Source: Clostridia bacterium (GTDB lineage Bacteria; Bacillota; Clostridia; Oscillospirales; CAG-272). From it: DNA of 64,000 bases. The notes under the pieces were generated by a model. The model had not been told where the DNA came from. It worked only from the letters and a program-made list of their open reading frames with translations, and did no database searches. Below, one piece after another: positions 42,912 to 51,845 of the stretch. The stretch covers positions 33,468-97,467 of the forward strand of contig JAFTLQ010000010.1 of assembly GCA_017455905.1 (NCBI GenBank), read 5' to 3'. Numbering within the stretch: the stretch's first letter is position 1; every line of letters begins with the position of its first letter. The position numbers and the translations under genes are program-made.

Positions 42912-44646
42912 CGGACGAACCTCCCTTCGTTTGTTGCTCGTACACCTCGCGGTAGATATCGCTCGTGCCCAGCAGCTGCTCGTGCGTGCCCTGTGCCGCG
43001 ATGCGACCGCCGTCCATGACGAGGATGAGGTCGGCGTCCATGACCGAAGCCACACGCTGAGCGATGATGATCTTGGTCGTTTCGGGAATGTAGGTGCGGA
43101 AGGCGTGACGGATCTTGGCGTCCGTCTTGGTGTCAACGGCGCTGGTGGAGTCGTCCAGGATCAGGATCTTGGGCTTCTTGATCAGCGCACGGGCGATGCA
43201 CAGACGTTGCTTCTGACCGCCCGACACGTTCGTGCCTCCCTGCTCTATGTAGGTGTCATAGCCATCGGGGAAGCTCGATACGAACTCGTCGGCGCATGCC
43301 AGGCGGCAGGCCTCCACGAGCTGCTCGTCGGTAGCCTCGGCGTTGCCCCAGCGCAGATTGTCCTTAATCGTACCGGAAAAAAGAAGGTTCTTTTGCAAGA
43401 CCATGGCGACCTCGCCGCGCAGGGCTTCGATCGCATACTGACGCACGTCGACGCCGCCGACACGGACGGTGCCCTCGGTGACGTCATACAGACGGGGAAT
43501 GAGCTGAACGAGCGAGCTCTTGGAGGAGCCCGTGCCGCCAAGGATGCCGACGGTCATACCCGAGCGAATATGCAGGTCGATGCCCTCCAGGGCGTACTTT
43601 TTGGCATCGGCGGCGTACTTAAAGCTGACGCTGTCAAAATCGATCGAGCCATCGGCGACCTCGCGTATAGGATCGGCACACTCGTGCATGGAGGGCTCCT
43701 CATCGAGGACCTCGCAGATACGCTTGGCACTCTCGGTGGACATGGTCAGCATGACGTAGATCATCGACAGCATCATCAGGGACATGAGGATCTGTATACC
43801 GTAGGTAAGCATCGCGGAGATCTGTCCGACATCGATCGTCACGCCTTGGCTCTCAATGGCCATTTTCGAGCCGACAATAAGCACAAATGCCATGTTAAAG
43901 TAAAGACATATTTGCATTAACGGTGTATTCAGGGCTACAATGCGCTCTGCCTTTGTGAAATCCACACGGATGGTTTCGGCGGCCGCACCGAACTTTTTCT
44001 TCTCGTATTCCTCACGGGCGAAGCCCTTGACGACGCGCATGCCGCGCACGTTTTCCTCAATGGATTCGTTGAGGCGATCGTACTTTTTGAACACGCGGCG
44101 GAAGGCAGGCATCGCCTTGTGCGCGATGAACAGAAGGCCGACGACCAGCACGGGAACGACGACGACGAAGGTCGTCGACAGCGCGCCGCCCATGATGTAC
44201 GCCATGACGATGGAGAAGATAAACATCAAAGGGCTGCGGATCGCCGTACGGATGAGCATCATGAAGGCCATCTGCACGTTGTTGACGTCGGTCGTCATAC
44301 GGGTGACGAGCGAGGTGGAGGAAAAGCGGTCAATGTTCCCGAAGGAAAAGCTCTGGATCTTGTCGAACATATCGTGCCGCAGATTCTTGGCAAAGCCGGC
44401 GGACGCCTTAGCACACGTGTAGCCTGCCAGACCGCCGCAAACGAGCGAAACGACCGCCATGGCGACCAGAAGGAGTCCTGTTGTGAGGATATCCGTGGGC
44501 TGTGCACCGGCATTGATGCGGTTGACGAGGTCAGCGGTAATAAACGGGATCAGACATTCGATAATAACTTCGAACACAATAAACACAAGAGTCAGTATGG
44601 CGGGGCGCTTGTTTTCCCGCACGCACCGGGAAAGTCGCTTGAGCAT
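42898..44646 (-). CDS. ABC exporter, fused permease/ATP-binding subunit (heterodimer partner 1)
   Basis: A TMD is followed by Walker A (GGTGSSKSS), signature (VSGGQKQR) and Walker B (ILILDDSTS). Confidence 0.9.
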   Translation of the reverse strand: MLKRLSRCVRENKRPAILTLVFIVFEVIIECLIPFITADLVNRINAGAQPTDILTTGLLLVAMAVVSLVCGGLAGYTCAKASAGFAKNLRHDMFDKIQSFSFGNIDRFSSTSLVTRMTTDVNNVQMAFMMLIRTAIRSPLMFIFSIVMAYIMGGALSTTFVVVVPVLVVGLLFIAHKAMPAFRRVFKKYDRLNESIEENVRGMRVVKGFAREEYEKKKFGAAAETIRVDFTKAERIVALNTPLMQICLYFNMAFVLIVGSKMAIESQGVTIDVGQISAMLTYGIQILMSLMMLSMIYVMLTMSTESAKRICEVLDEEPSMHECADPIREVADGSIDFDSVSFKYAADAKKYALEGIDLHIRSGMTVGILGGTGSSKSSLVQLIPRLYDVTEGTVRVGGVDVRQYAIEALRGEVAMVLQKNLLFSGTIKDNLRWGNAEATDEQLVEACRLACADEFVSSFPDGYDTYIEQGGTNVSGGQKQRLCIARALIKKPKILILDDSTSAVDTKTDAKIRHAFRTYIPETTKIIIAQRVASVMDADLILVMDGGRIAAQGTHEQLLGTSDIYREVYEQQTKGGSSDEEA

Positions 44647-44696
44647 GTCTGTGTATCGTCTCCTTTTTCTATTTTTCTATTTTTCGCACGAAGATT

Positions 44697-44725
44697 ATTT
44701 TACCATCCGAGCGCTCGCTTGTCAA
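44697..44725 (-). promoter_or_regulatory. sigma-A-like promoter of the ABC exporter operon
   Basis: On the minus strand, TTGACA (44725-44720), a 17-nt spacer, then TAAAAT (44702-44697). Confidence 0.55.
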
Positions 44726-44819
44726 TGCTTTTTGTGAATTAATCCCCTTTTTTTTTGCGCGCGTTGAAAATAATATGTAAAATTTTTTTAAATATTTTTT
44801 GTTTTTTTGTTGAAAACGC

Positions 44820-44848
44820 TTGACAAAGGTATAGTCGCGTGTTAAAAT
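44820..44848 (+). promoter_or_regulatory. sigma-A-like promoter with an extended -10
   Basis: TTGACA (44820-44825), a 17-nt spacer ending in TGT, then TAAAAT (44843-44848). Confidence 0.6.
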
Positions 44849-44891
44849 GAAAAAAATACATTCTTTTATATTATTTTAAGGAGACATAATC

Positions 44892-45116
44892 ATGCCTGAA
44901 ATCAAGTATGAAGTCGTCGACTGCATCGGCATCGTCAGCGAAGGAACCAACGGCTGGAATAAGGAGCTCAATCTCATCAGCTGGAACGAGCGCGAACCGG
45001 TCTACGACATCCGTACGTGGGCTCCCGATCACGCGAAGATGGGCAAGGGTGTGACCATTTCGGCCGCCGAAGCCAAGGTCCTGCGGGATATGCTCAATCA
45101 GTTGAACCTCGACTGA
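44892..45116 (+). CDS. YdbC-like (PC4-type single-stranded DNA-binding fold) small protein
   Basis: MPEIKYEVVDCIGIVSEGTNGWNKELNLISWNEREPVYDIRTWAPDHAKMGKGVT closely matches my memory of B. subtilis YdbC. AAGGAG RBS. Confidence 0.7.
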   Translation: MPEIKYEVVDCIGIVSEGTNGWNKELNLISWNEREPVYDIRTWAPDHAKMGKGVTISAAEAKVLRDMLNQLNLD

Positions 45117-45343
45117 TCTTACAGATCCTTACCGATCTCTACGTTGCAAGAGGCGTAGCCTACGCGAAGCCGAGCGGGCTTCTGCCGGCTATGAGGCTGT
45201 CACGTGCTGAGCCAAGCTATACGACCGTGTTCGGTTCTTCGTCAAACGGGGAGCTGTCGGCCGTTTGGCTTTTGCGCCCTTTTAGAAGAGGGCGGCTCGC
45301 CCGTTGACGGCCTCTTTTTTGTTTTTTAAAGATCGGAGAGCAT

Positions 45344-45383
45344 CCCCGCACACTCGTTTTCGACCCCGCTGCGGGGCTTTTTT
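45344..45383 (+). terminator. terminator-like hairpin immediately upstream of the response-regulator gene (possible attenuator)
   Basis: CCCCGC (45344-45349) or its second copy (45364-45369) can pair with GCGGGG (45371-45376), followed by CTTTTTT. The RBS and ATG of the regulator follow within 25 nt. Confidence 0.5.
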
Positions 45384-45407
45384 ACACATGACAGAAGGGA
45401 GCGGCTT

Positions 45408-46106
45408 ATGAAGCTGTTGATCGTTGACGACGAAAGCGAGATCCGCAACGTCTTACGCCTGTTGCTGGAAAATAAAGCGTACGAGGTGCTGGAGGCATCA
45501 AGCGGTGCCCAGGCCATCGAGCTTGTGCGTAACACGAGCGACATCGATATGATCATCATGGACGTCATGATGCCGGGCATCAGCGGCATCGAGGCTACGC
45601 GTACCCTGCGCAATTTTACCGATGCCCCTGTGCTCTTCCTGACGGCCAACTCCCTGGAGCAGAGCAAGATCGACGCCTATGCGGCGGGCGGCGACGATTA
45701 CCTCGTCAAGCCCTTTTCCGCGCGCGAGCTGTTGCTGAAGGTCGAGGCGCTGACGCGCCGCTACAACGTCTACCGCACCAAGCAGACGCCGACCGACGAG
45801 GAGGCCATCACGCTCGGGCACGGCGTTCTGCTCCTGCCGGCGCGACGCGAGGTATTCAAGAACGGCCTGCCGCTTGACGTGCGCGACAAGGAGCTGGACG
45901 TGCTCATCTATCTCGCCCGCCACCGAGGTGTCACCGTCAGCCCGCACGAGCTGTACGAGGCCGTCTGGGGTGAGCGTCCGCTGCCCTCCTCGGGCAACAC
46001 GGTCACCGTGCACGTCCTCAACCTTCGCCGCACGCTGGAGGACCGTCCCTCCTCTCCCAAGATCATCCGCACGGTGTGGGGAAAGGGGTACCAGATCGAT
46101 GAGTAA
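45408..46106 (+). CDS. OmpR-family response regulator
   Basis: The receiver domain (LIVDDE, IIMDVMMPG, LVKPF) is followed by a winged-helix output domain (IRTVWGKGYQI). Confidence 0.9.
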   Translation: MKLLIVDDESEIRNVLRLLLENKAYEVLEASSGAQAIELVRNTSDIDMIIMDVMMPGISGIEATRTLRNFTDAPVLFLTANSLEQSKIDAYAAGGDDYLVKPFSARELLLKVEALTRRYNVYRTKQTPTDEEAITLGHGVLLLPARREVFKNGLPLDVRDKELDVLIYLARHRGVTVSPHELYEAVWGERPLPSSGNTVTVHVLNLRRTLEDRPSSPKIIRTVWGKGYQIDE

Positions 46107-47514
46107 CAAACCGAAGGACGGCCGCTTTCGCCTGTTCGGACCGCAGTACTCTCTGCGCAACAGTCTGTTCGCTCTCATCCTCTTAGGCATCCTCTTCGCC
46201 TCGCTCACCTTCGTCGTGGTGCGCTTTGCCGGCATCTTCGTCGTCGACCGCTACTACGTAACCGAGGAGAACAGGACCAAGCGCGAGGTGCGCTACGTAA
46301 CCGAGCTGCAAAGCTTCATCACCGACGAGCAGTTGTCCTCCGCGGACATATCCCGCGTGTCGGAATGGCTGTCGCTCAACCGCTTCGTGTACGTGGCCGT
46401 GTACCGCGACGACGAGCTGGTATTCTCTCCCGACGAATGGGGCAGCTCGCAGGGCGTCCCCGGCTCGCCCGACACGGGCATCACCGTCAAATACCCCTCC
46501 GAGGAGGAGCTGCTGCGCTATGCGGAAAACGGTGCGCTCTACCCGCTCGTTTTCTCCGATCAGACCGTCGCCTGCTCTGTCGCGGAATTTACCGAATATC
46601 TTTACTACGACGCGATCAACCTCATCAGCCTCGTGCTGGCCATGGTCACCCTGGCTGCGATCATGATCGTCTACTTTCACAAGATCACCGTGCGCATCTC
46701 GCGGCTGGCCGATGACGTCTCCGTGGTATCGGGTGGCGATATGTCTCACGTCATCCGCGCCGACGCACGGGAGGACGAGATATCCGACCTGTCGCGTCAC
46801 GTCGAGGCCATGCGAAGCTCCATCGTCCATACGCTGGAAAGCGAACGGCAGGCCGTCGACGCCAACACCGAGCTGATCACCGCCATGTCTCACGACATCC
46901 GCACGCCCCTGACCGTTCTGCTCGGCTATATCGACGTGCTCAAGCTACACAGCGAAAGCGAGCTGTGCGCCTCCTACGTCAAGGCGGCCGAGGCGACGGC
47001 TCTTCGTCTGAAGGAGCTTTCGGACGATATGTTTCGCTACTTCGTCGTCTTCGGCAACCGCCTCGAGGTCACCATACAAAGCTACGACGCCGCAACGCTT
47101 CTGGAGCAGCTGCTCGCCGAGCACATCCTGCTGCTTACCGAGCAGGGATACGTCTTTGAGGCCGACGAGACGTCCGCATTCCCCGAGCAGGCAAGCCTGA
47201 CGACCGACGCGCCTAACCTCATGCGCATCATTGACAATATCTTCTCTAACATCAAGAAATACGCGGATCCGTCAACCCCTATCTATATTGCCTTGTGCGC
47301 GGAAAATGACAATTGTTGTTTGCAAATACGCAACAAGGTCCGCCAGGACGGCGTCCCGTCCGAAAGCACGGGCATCGGCCTTAAGACCTGCGACCGTATC
47401 GCATCGGCGATCGGCTCTACCTTTGAAGCCAAGCGCGAGGGAGACGTCTTTACCGTGCGCATCACGCTGCCAATGTCCGCGCAGGAAGCACCGAAGGAGG
47501 GCAAAAACGCATGA
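46099..47514 (+). CDS. sensor histidine kinase
   Basis: Two TM segments are followed by the H-box (MSHDIRTPLTVLLGYIDVL) and an HATPase region (IGLKTCDRI). The ATG at 46099 overlaps the regulator stop. Confidence 0.85.
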   Translation: MSNKPKDGRFRLFGPQYSLRNSLFALILLGILFASLTFVVVRFAGIFVVDRYYVTEENRTKREVRYVTELQSFITDEQLSSADISRVSEWLSLNRFVYVAVYRDDELVFSPDEWGSSQGVPGSPDTGITVKYPSEEELLRYAENGALYPLVFSDQTVACSVAEFTEYLYYDAINLISLVLAMVTLAAIMIVYFHKITVRISRLADDVSVVSGGDMSHVIRADAREDEISDLSRHVEAMRSSIVHTLESERQAVDANTELITAMSHDIRTPLTVLLGYIDVLKLHSESELCASYVKAAEATALRLKELSDDMFRYFVVFGNRLEVTIQSYDAATLLEQLLAEHILLLTEQGYVFEADETSAFPEQASLTTDAPNLMRIIDNIFSNIKKYADPSTPIYIALCAENDNCCLQIRNKVRQDGVPSESTGIGLKTCDRIASAIGSTFEAKREGDVFTVRITLPMSAQEAPKEGKNA

Positions 47515-48401
47515 TCTCTTTTGCCGACACCCCCGAAGGACGCGCCGTCCTTGCGAGCGAGCAGGCACGCGTCGCGTCCCTTGCCGCGCTGACCGAGGCC
47601 TTTGCCGACATGGGGGATAGCATCGCGCTGACCGTCGCCCACGGGCATCTTCTGGCACGCGCCGAGGTCGACGAGGGCGAATACGCCTTCTTCTTCCCCG
47701 AGCCGTACGAGGACGGTGCCGACACCGAACGGGCGATCGAGGCGCTGGAGCTTTATGCCAAGCGGCACGAGATCCCCCTGACCTATCTTGACCTGACGCA
47801 CGAGCAGACCGAGCGTCTGCGCTCGCGCTACCGCGCCCCGCGCGTGTACGCCATGGACGACGACGGTGATCGCTTCGTCCTCACGGTCGAGCACGAGCTG
47901 GCCTTCCTTGACGGCATTCCCACGCTCGACGGCGAACGGGTGCGTCTGTATGCCCCCGACGAGGCGGACGCCCACGCCTACGGCGCGCTCTGCCGCGACG
48001 CCGAGGGGATGCGCTACTTTGGCTACGATGCCCTGCGCGACCGCCCCGATGCCTCGGACGAGCTGTTGGTTCGTGCGTTGCTCCGCGAGCGGCAAGGTGA
48101 CGTGGCCTGCCCCTTCTTTATCCGCGCGGACGGCCGCTTCGTGGGTGAGCTCGTCCTGTACGCCTTCGACGGCAAGGGTGGCGCTGAGCTGTCGGTGCGC
48201 CTGACGGCATCGGCGCGCGGGCAGGGCCTCGCCGAGGATGCCGTACGCACGGCGATGCGCTTCGCCGCCGATGACCTGCAGCTGTGCGTGCTGTACGCCG
48301 ATTGCCGCGAGGAAAACACCGCCGCCATCCGCCTGTTTACCCGCCTGTTCGGGGACGGCGTCCGTGACGGAGGCGTCCGACACTTCTGCGCCCGCCTTTG
48401 A
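47511..48401 (+). CDS. GNAT-family N-acetyltransferase-like protein with an extra N-terminal domain
   Basis: The C-terminal half (RGQGLAEDAVRTAMRFAADDL...ENTAAIRLFTRLF) resembles the RimJ/RimL-type GNAT core. The start overlaps the kinase stop (ATGA). Confidence 0.6.
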   Translation: MISFADTPEGRAVLASEQARVASLAALTEAFADMGDSIALTVAHGHLLARAEVDEGEYAFFFPEPYEDGADTERAIEALELYAKRHEIPLTYLDLTHEQTERLRSRYRAPRVYAMDDDGDRFVLTVEHELAFLDGIPTLDGERVRLYAPDEADAHAYGALCRDAEGMRYFGYDALRDRPDASDELLVRALLRERQGDVACPFFIRADGRFVGELVLYAFDGKGGAELSVRLTASARGQGLAEDAVRTAMRFAADDLQLCVLYADCREENTAAIRLFTRLFGDGVRDGGVRHFCARL

Positions 48402-48543
48402 ACGTCGGAAAGTCCCCTTCCCTTCCAAGCGTCTTTCGCAGCCGTTGCATAAAAACAAAAACCGCTCCTTTCGTGTGTCTCTGTCAAGAAACCGCGCGAA
48501 AGGGGCGATTTTGTTATTTTTGCAAATAATTCTTTGCTTTTCG

Positions 48544-49986
48544 TTACATACAACGGCCATACATACGGTTCATTGCACGCAGCTCATCGGTCGAAAGGGA
48601 GGCCAGCTGATCGCTCGTTACGCGGTATGACCAGTTGCCCTCGGCGCGGCCGGGGGTGTTGATACGCGTGTCCGCACCGTGCATCAGAAGGTCCTGGATC
48701 GGCACGATGCACAGTCCCGCCGCGCTCGCGAGAAGCGTACGAAGCACCGCTCGGTAGACGCAGGGGCGGTTGAAGTCCTCGCCCTCACGCCCGATATACG
48801 CGAGCAGTCGCGCACGCTCCTCGGGCGATTGCTCGAACATATAGCCGAGCAGCGTGTTGTTGTCGTGCGTGCCTGTGTAGGCGATGCAGTTATTCTCGTA
48901 CATATGCGGCTGATGGATGGACGCTCCGTCCGACAGGAAGGCGAACTGCAGCACGCGCATGCCGGGCAGGCCGCTCTTTTTCAGCAGCGCCCGCACCTCG
49001 GGGGTAATGTCCCCCAGATCCTCTGCGATCAGCAGCGTATCTCCCGCGACCTCACGCAGAGCGCGGATCAGCGGCATGCCGGGGCCGCGCTTCCAGACGC
49101 CGCCCTTGGCGTTCACCGCATCGTGGGGAATGCTGTAATACGCCTCAAAGGCGCGAAAATGGTCAATACGCACACCGTCAAACCACTCGGTCATGGCGGC
49201 CATGCGCCGGCGCCACCAGCCGAAGTCCGTCGCCTTCATATACCGCCAATCGTACAGGGGGTTGCCCCACAACTGTCCGTCCTCGCTGAAATAATCGGGC
49301 GGCACGCCCGCTACCGCCAACGGATATCCGTCGGCATCCAGCTGAAATTCCTTTGGGTTCGCCCAGACGTCGGCGCTGTCGTGCGCGACGTACATGGGGA
49401 TGTCACCGAGGATGCGCACGCCGTGCGCGTTGGCATAGGCGCGCAGCGCCAGCCATTGCTCGGAGAAGATATACTGAACGAATTGCCACACCGCCTCGGT
49501 CTCGCGGTCGCAGGCGTCCGAGGTCCACTCGTACCAAGGCCGTCCGTCGTTTGCCTCCCGACGTCCCATGAACTCGCAGAAGCGAGCCGCATCGGGGTGC
49601 GAGGAAAGATACGCGTCAATGGCCGAGCGATCCGTCATGCGCTCGCTCGCCTTGCGCAGCAGCGGCAGTCGCTCACGCGACAGACGCTCGTATTCGCAGG
49701 CAAAGGGGGACGTCTGCCGTGCGCCGTCCAGCTCCTCCCTCGTCAGAAGGCCGCGTGCATACAGATCCTCCAAATCGATAAAATACGGGTTACCGCTGAA
49801 GGCACTGTACGACTTATACGGCGAATGGCATTCATCGGGCAGGCAAAAGGGCAACACCTGCCACGCCGAAAATCCACCCCTCTCAAGAAAGTCAACGAAG
49901 GCACGTGCCGAGGCGCCGAAGGCGCCGATGGAATAATCGCCCGGCAGGGCTGATATGGGTAAAAGAACGCCGCTTTGCCGTTTCAT
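48544..49986 (-). CDS. malQ: 4-alpha-glucanotransferase (amylomaltase, GH77)
   Basis: MKRQSGVLLPISALPGDYSIGAFG...FSGNPYFIDLE...DSADVWANP are typical of MalQ. The ATG at 49986 was preferred to the track start at 50313. Confidence 0.9.
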   Translation of the reverse strand: MKRQSGVLLPISALPGDYSIGAFGASARAFVDFLERGGFSAWQVLPFCLPDECHSPYKSYSAFSGNPYFIDLEDLYARGLLTREELDGARQTSPFACEYERLSRERLPLLRKASERMTDRSAIDAYLSSHPDAARFCEFMGRREANDGRPWYEWTSDACDRETEAVWQFVQYIFSEQWLALRAYANAHGVRILGDIPMYVAHDSADVWANPKEFQLDADGYPLAVAGVPPDYFSEDGQLWGNPLYDWRYMKATDFGWWRRRMAAMTEWFDGVRIDHFRAFEAYYSIPHDAVNAKGGVWKRGPGMPLIRALREVAGDTLLIAEDLGDITPEVRALLKKSGLPGMRVLQFAFLSDGASIHQPHMYENNCIAYTGTHDNNTLLGYMFEQSPEERARLLAYIGREGEDFNRPCVYRAVLRTLLASAAGLCIVPIQDLLMHGADTRINTPGRAEGNWSYRVTSDQLASLSTDELRAMNRMYGRCM

Positions 49987-50215
49987 TCTCTGTTTCCTTT
50001 CGATCCGGTGGCAAGATACTCCCACGGGACGCGCACGCCGCACGGGGACTGTAACATTGTACCACATCGGGCAATGTATGTCAAGAGGAGGCCGCATCTT
50101 CTCCATATCCTGCCCGCGGTGGAAATTACGGGTCGCGACGGCAAAAAGTGTGCCTTGCGTCCCACGTATCAGCATGCTACAATAAAGACATCTTATACGA
50201 AAGGATGTGTTTCTC

Positions 50216-51121
50216 ATGTCACCTACATACCGACGAAGGCGGTGGGTGAGCCTGTTGCTCCTGACCCTTATCGGGTGCCTCGTCCTCGTCACACCGGCGT
50301 CCGCCGCCGTCACGTCTCCCTATAAAGAGCAGACCGTGCGTACGCTGCACACCGTCAGCGAGCGGAGCGTCAACGCCTATCCACGCATCCGCGTACATAC
50401 CGCCGGCGGCGCCGTGATCGACGGCCGCCTCATCGGGGATACCACCTACGTTGCCCTGCGCGCCTTTGGCGATGCCTACGGCGGCACGGTCAGCTATCGC
50501 TCCGACACCCGCACGGCCACCGTACGGGCGGACGGCCTGACGCTCACCGCCTCGGACGGCGGCTACGTCGTTTACGCCAACGGACGCACGCTCTTTGCCG
50601 ATACGCCCTGCGTCATCCTCAGCGACGGACGCATGTACGCCCCCGTACGCACGATGGCCAAGGCCTACGGGCTGACGGTCGAATGGCAGGCGTCCACACG
50701 CACCGTCCGTCTGCACGGCACGATGACACCCCTTGCCGATGCGTCCGTCTATTACCGTGCGGACGATGTATATTGGCTGTCGCGCATCATCAGCGCGGAA
50801 AGCGGCGGTGAGCCTCTGCTCGGGCAGATCGCCGTCGGATGCGTCGTTCTCAACCGACGCGACAGCGCGGATTTTCCCTCGACGATCTGGGGCGTCATCT
50901 TTGACCGCACGTATGGCACGCAGTTCACGCCTGCGGCGACGGGCACCGTGTACCGCACGCCAAGCGCACAGTCGGTGCTGGCAGCCAAGATCTGTCTGGA
51001 GGGCTATTCGCTCGACGGGGATATCCTCTTTTTCCTGGAGCCGAACAAGTCGACCTCCTCGTGGATCCCTCGCTCGCGCCGCTACTGCTTCTCCATCGGG
51101 CACCACGATTTTTACGCGTAA
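50216..51121 (+). CDS. SleB/CwlJ-type cell wall hydrolase with a signal peptide and a copper-amine-oxidase-N-like domain
   Basis: The signal-like N-terminus (RRRRWVSLLLLTLIGCLVLVTPASA) is followed by a C-terminal Hydrolase_2 region (LSRIISAESGGEPLLGQIAVGCVVLNR...GTQFTP). Confidence 0.8.
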   Translation: MSPTYRRRRWVSLLLLTLIGCLVLVTPASAAVTSPYKEQTVRTLHTVSERSVNAYPRIRVHTAGGAVIDGRLIGDTTYVALRAFGDAYGGTVSYRSDTRTATVRADGLTLTASDGGYVVYANGRTLFADTPCVILSDGRMYAPVRTMAKAYGLTVEWQASTRTVRLHGTMTPLADASVYYRADDVYWLSRIISAESGGEPLLGQIAVGCVVLNRRDSADFPSTIWGVIFDRTYGTQFTPAATGTVYRTPSAQSVLAAKICLEGYSLDGDILFFLEPNKSTSSWIPRSRRYCFSIGHHDFYA

Positions 51122-51215
51122 AAGCGAAAAAAGGGGTTGCAAAGTGCCAAGAACTGTTGTATACTGAATACAGTACGAAATGAGGCATTCGCCTAAAAGA
51201 AACGAGGTACTTTTC

Positions 51216-51770
51216 ATGGTATACGATATCAACATCCAAGGCCTGCATCGCGACCTGCCCCTGTGTCCCATCTCCGACGAGCTGTATATCGGAGCGTTCG
51301 TCCTCTTTGGCGACGTTGAGCTGACCTGCCATTGCGCGAAGGAGCTTCTCAAGCGCGCACCGGCCTACGACGTGATGATCACCGCCGAATCCAAGGGCAT
51401 TCCTCTCGTATACGAAATGTGCCGCCAATCGGGCGAAAATCGCTACGTCCTGGCCCGCAAGGGCGTCAAGCTGTATATGAAGAACGTCGTCAAATGCGAG
51501 GTCAAGTCCATCACGACAAGCGGCTCACAAACGCTCTATATCGACGGCGACGACGCCGCATATATGAAGGGGCGCCGCATCCTCATCGTGGACGACGTCA
51601 TCAGCACGGGCGAGTCGCTTAACGCGCTGGAGCAGCTCGTTAAGCAAGCGGGCGGCGAGATCGTCGGCAAAATGGCCATCCTCGCCGAAGGAGACGCCAC
51701 CAAGCGCGACGATATCCTCTATCTGCAAAAGCTGCCGCTGTTTGATAAAAACGGCCGCCCGATCGAATAA
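51216..51770 (+). CDS. phosphoribosyltransferase family protein (adenine PRT-like)
   Basis: It has the PRPP-binding loop ILIVDDVISTGES. The ATG at 51216 has a GAGG upstream. Confidence 0.75.
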   Translation: MVYDINIQGLHRDLPLCPISDELYIGAFVLFGDVELTCHCAKELLKRAPAYDVMITAESKGIPLVYEMCRQSGENRYVLARKGVKLYMKNVVKCEVKSITTSGSQTLYIDGDDAAYMKGRRILIVDDVISTGESLNALEQLVKQAGGEIVGKMAILAEGDATKRDDILYLQKLPLFDKNGRPIE

Positions 51771-51786
51771 TTTTTTCAATCAAAAA

Positions 51787-51817
51787 GCCGCCGAGGAAAC
51801 AACCTCGGCGGCTTTTT
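51787..51817. terminator. bidirectional intrinsic terminator
   Basis: GCCGCCGAGG (51787-51796) pairs with CCTCGGCGGC (51803-51812), flanked by A5 and T5 runs. Confidence 0.85.
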
Positions 51818-51845
51818 CTTTTGTATTGCATATAATTGTTTGCAT

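Noticed and set aside
45117-45290. A possible known small RNA (SRP RNA, 6S or similar) downstream of ydbC.
   Set aside because: I could not find the conserved SRP domain-IV motif or any other signature I know. Only the generic hairpins reported in the leader finding are present.
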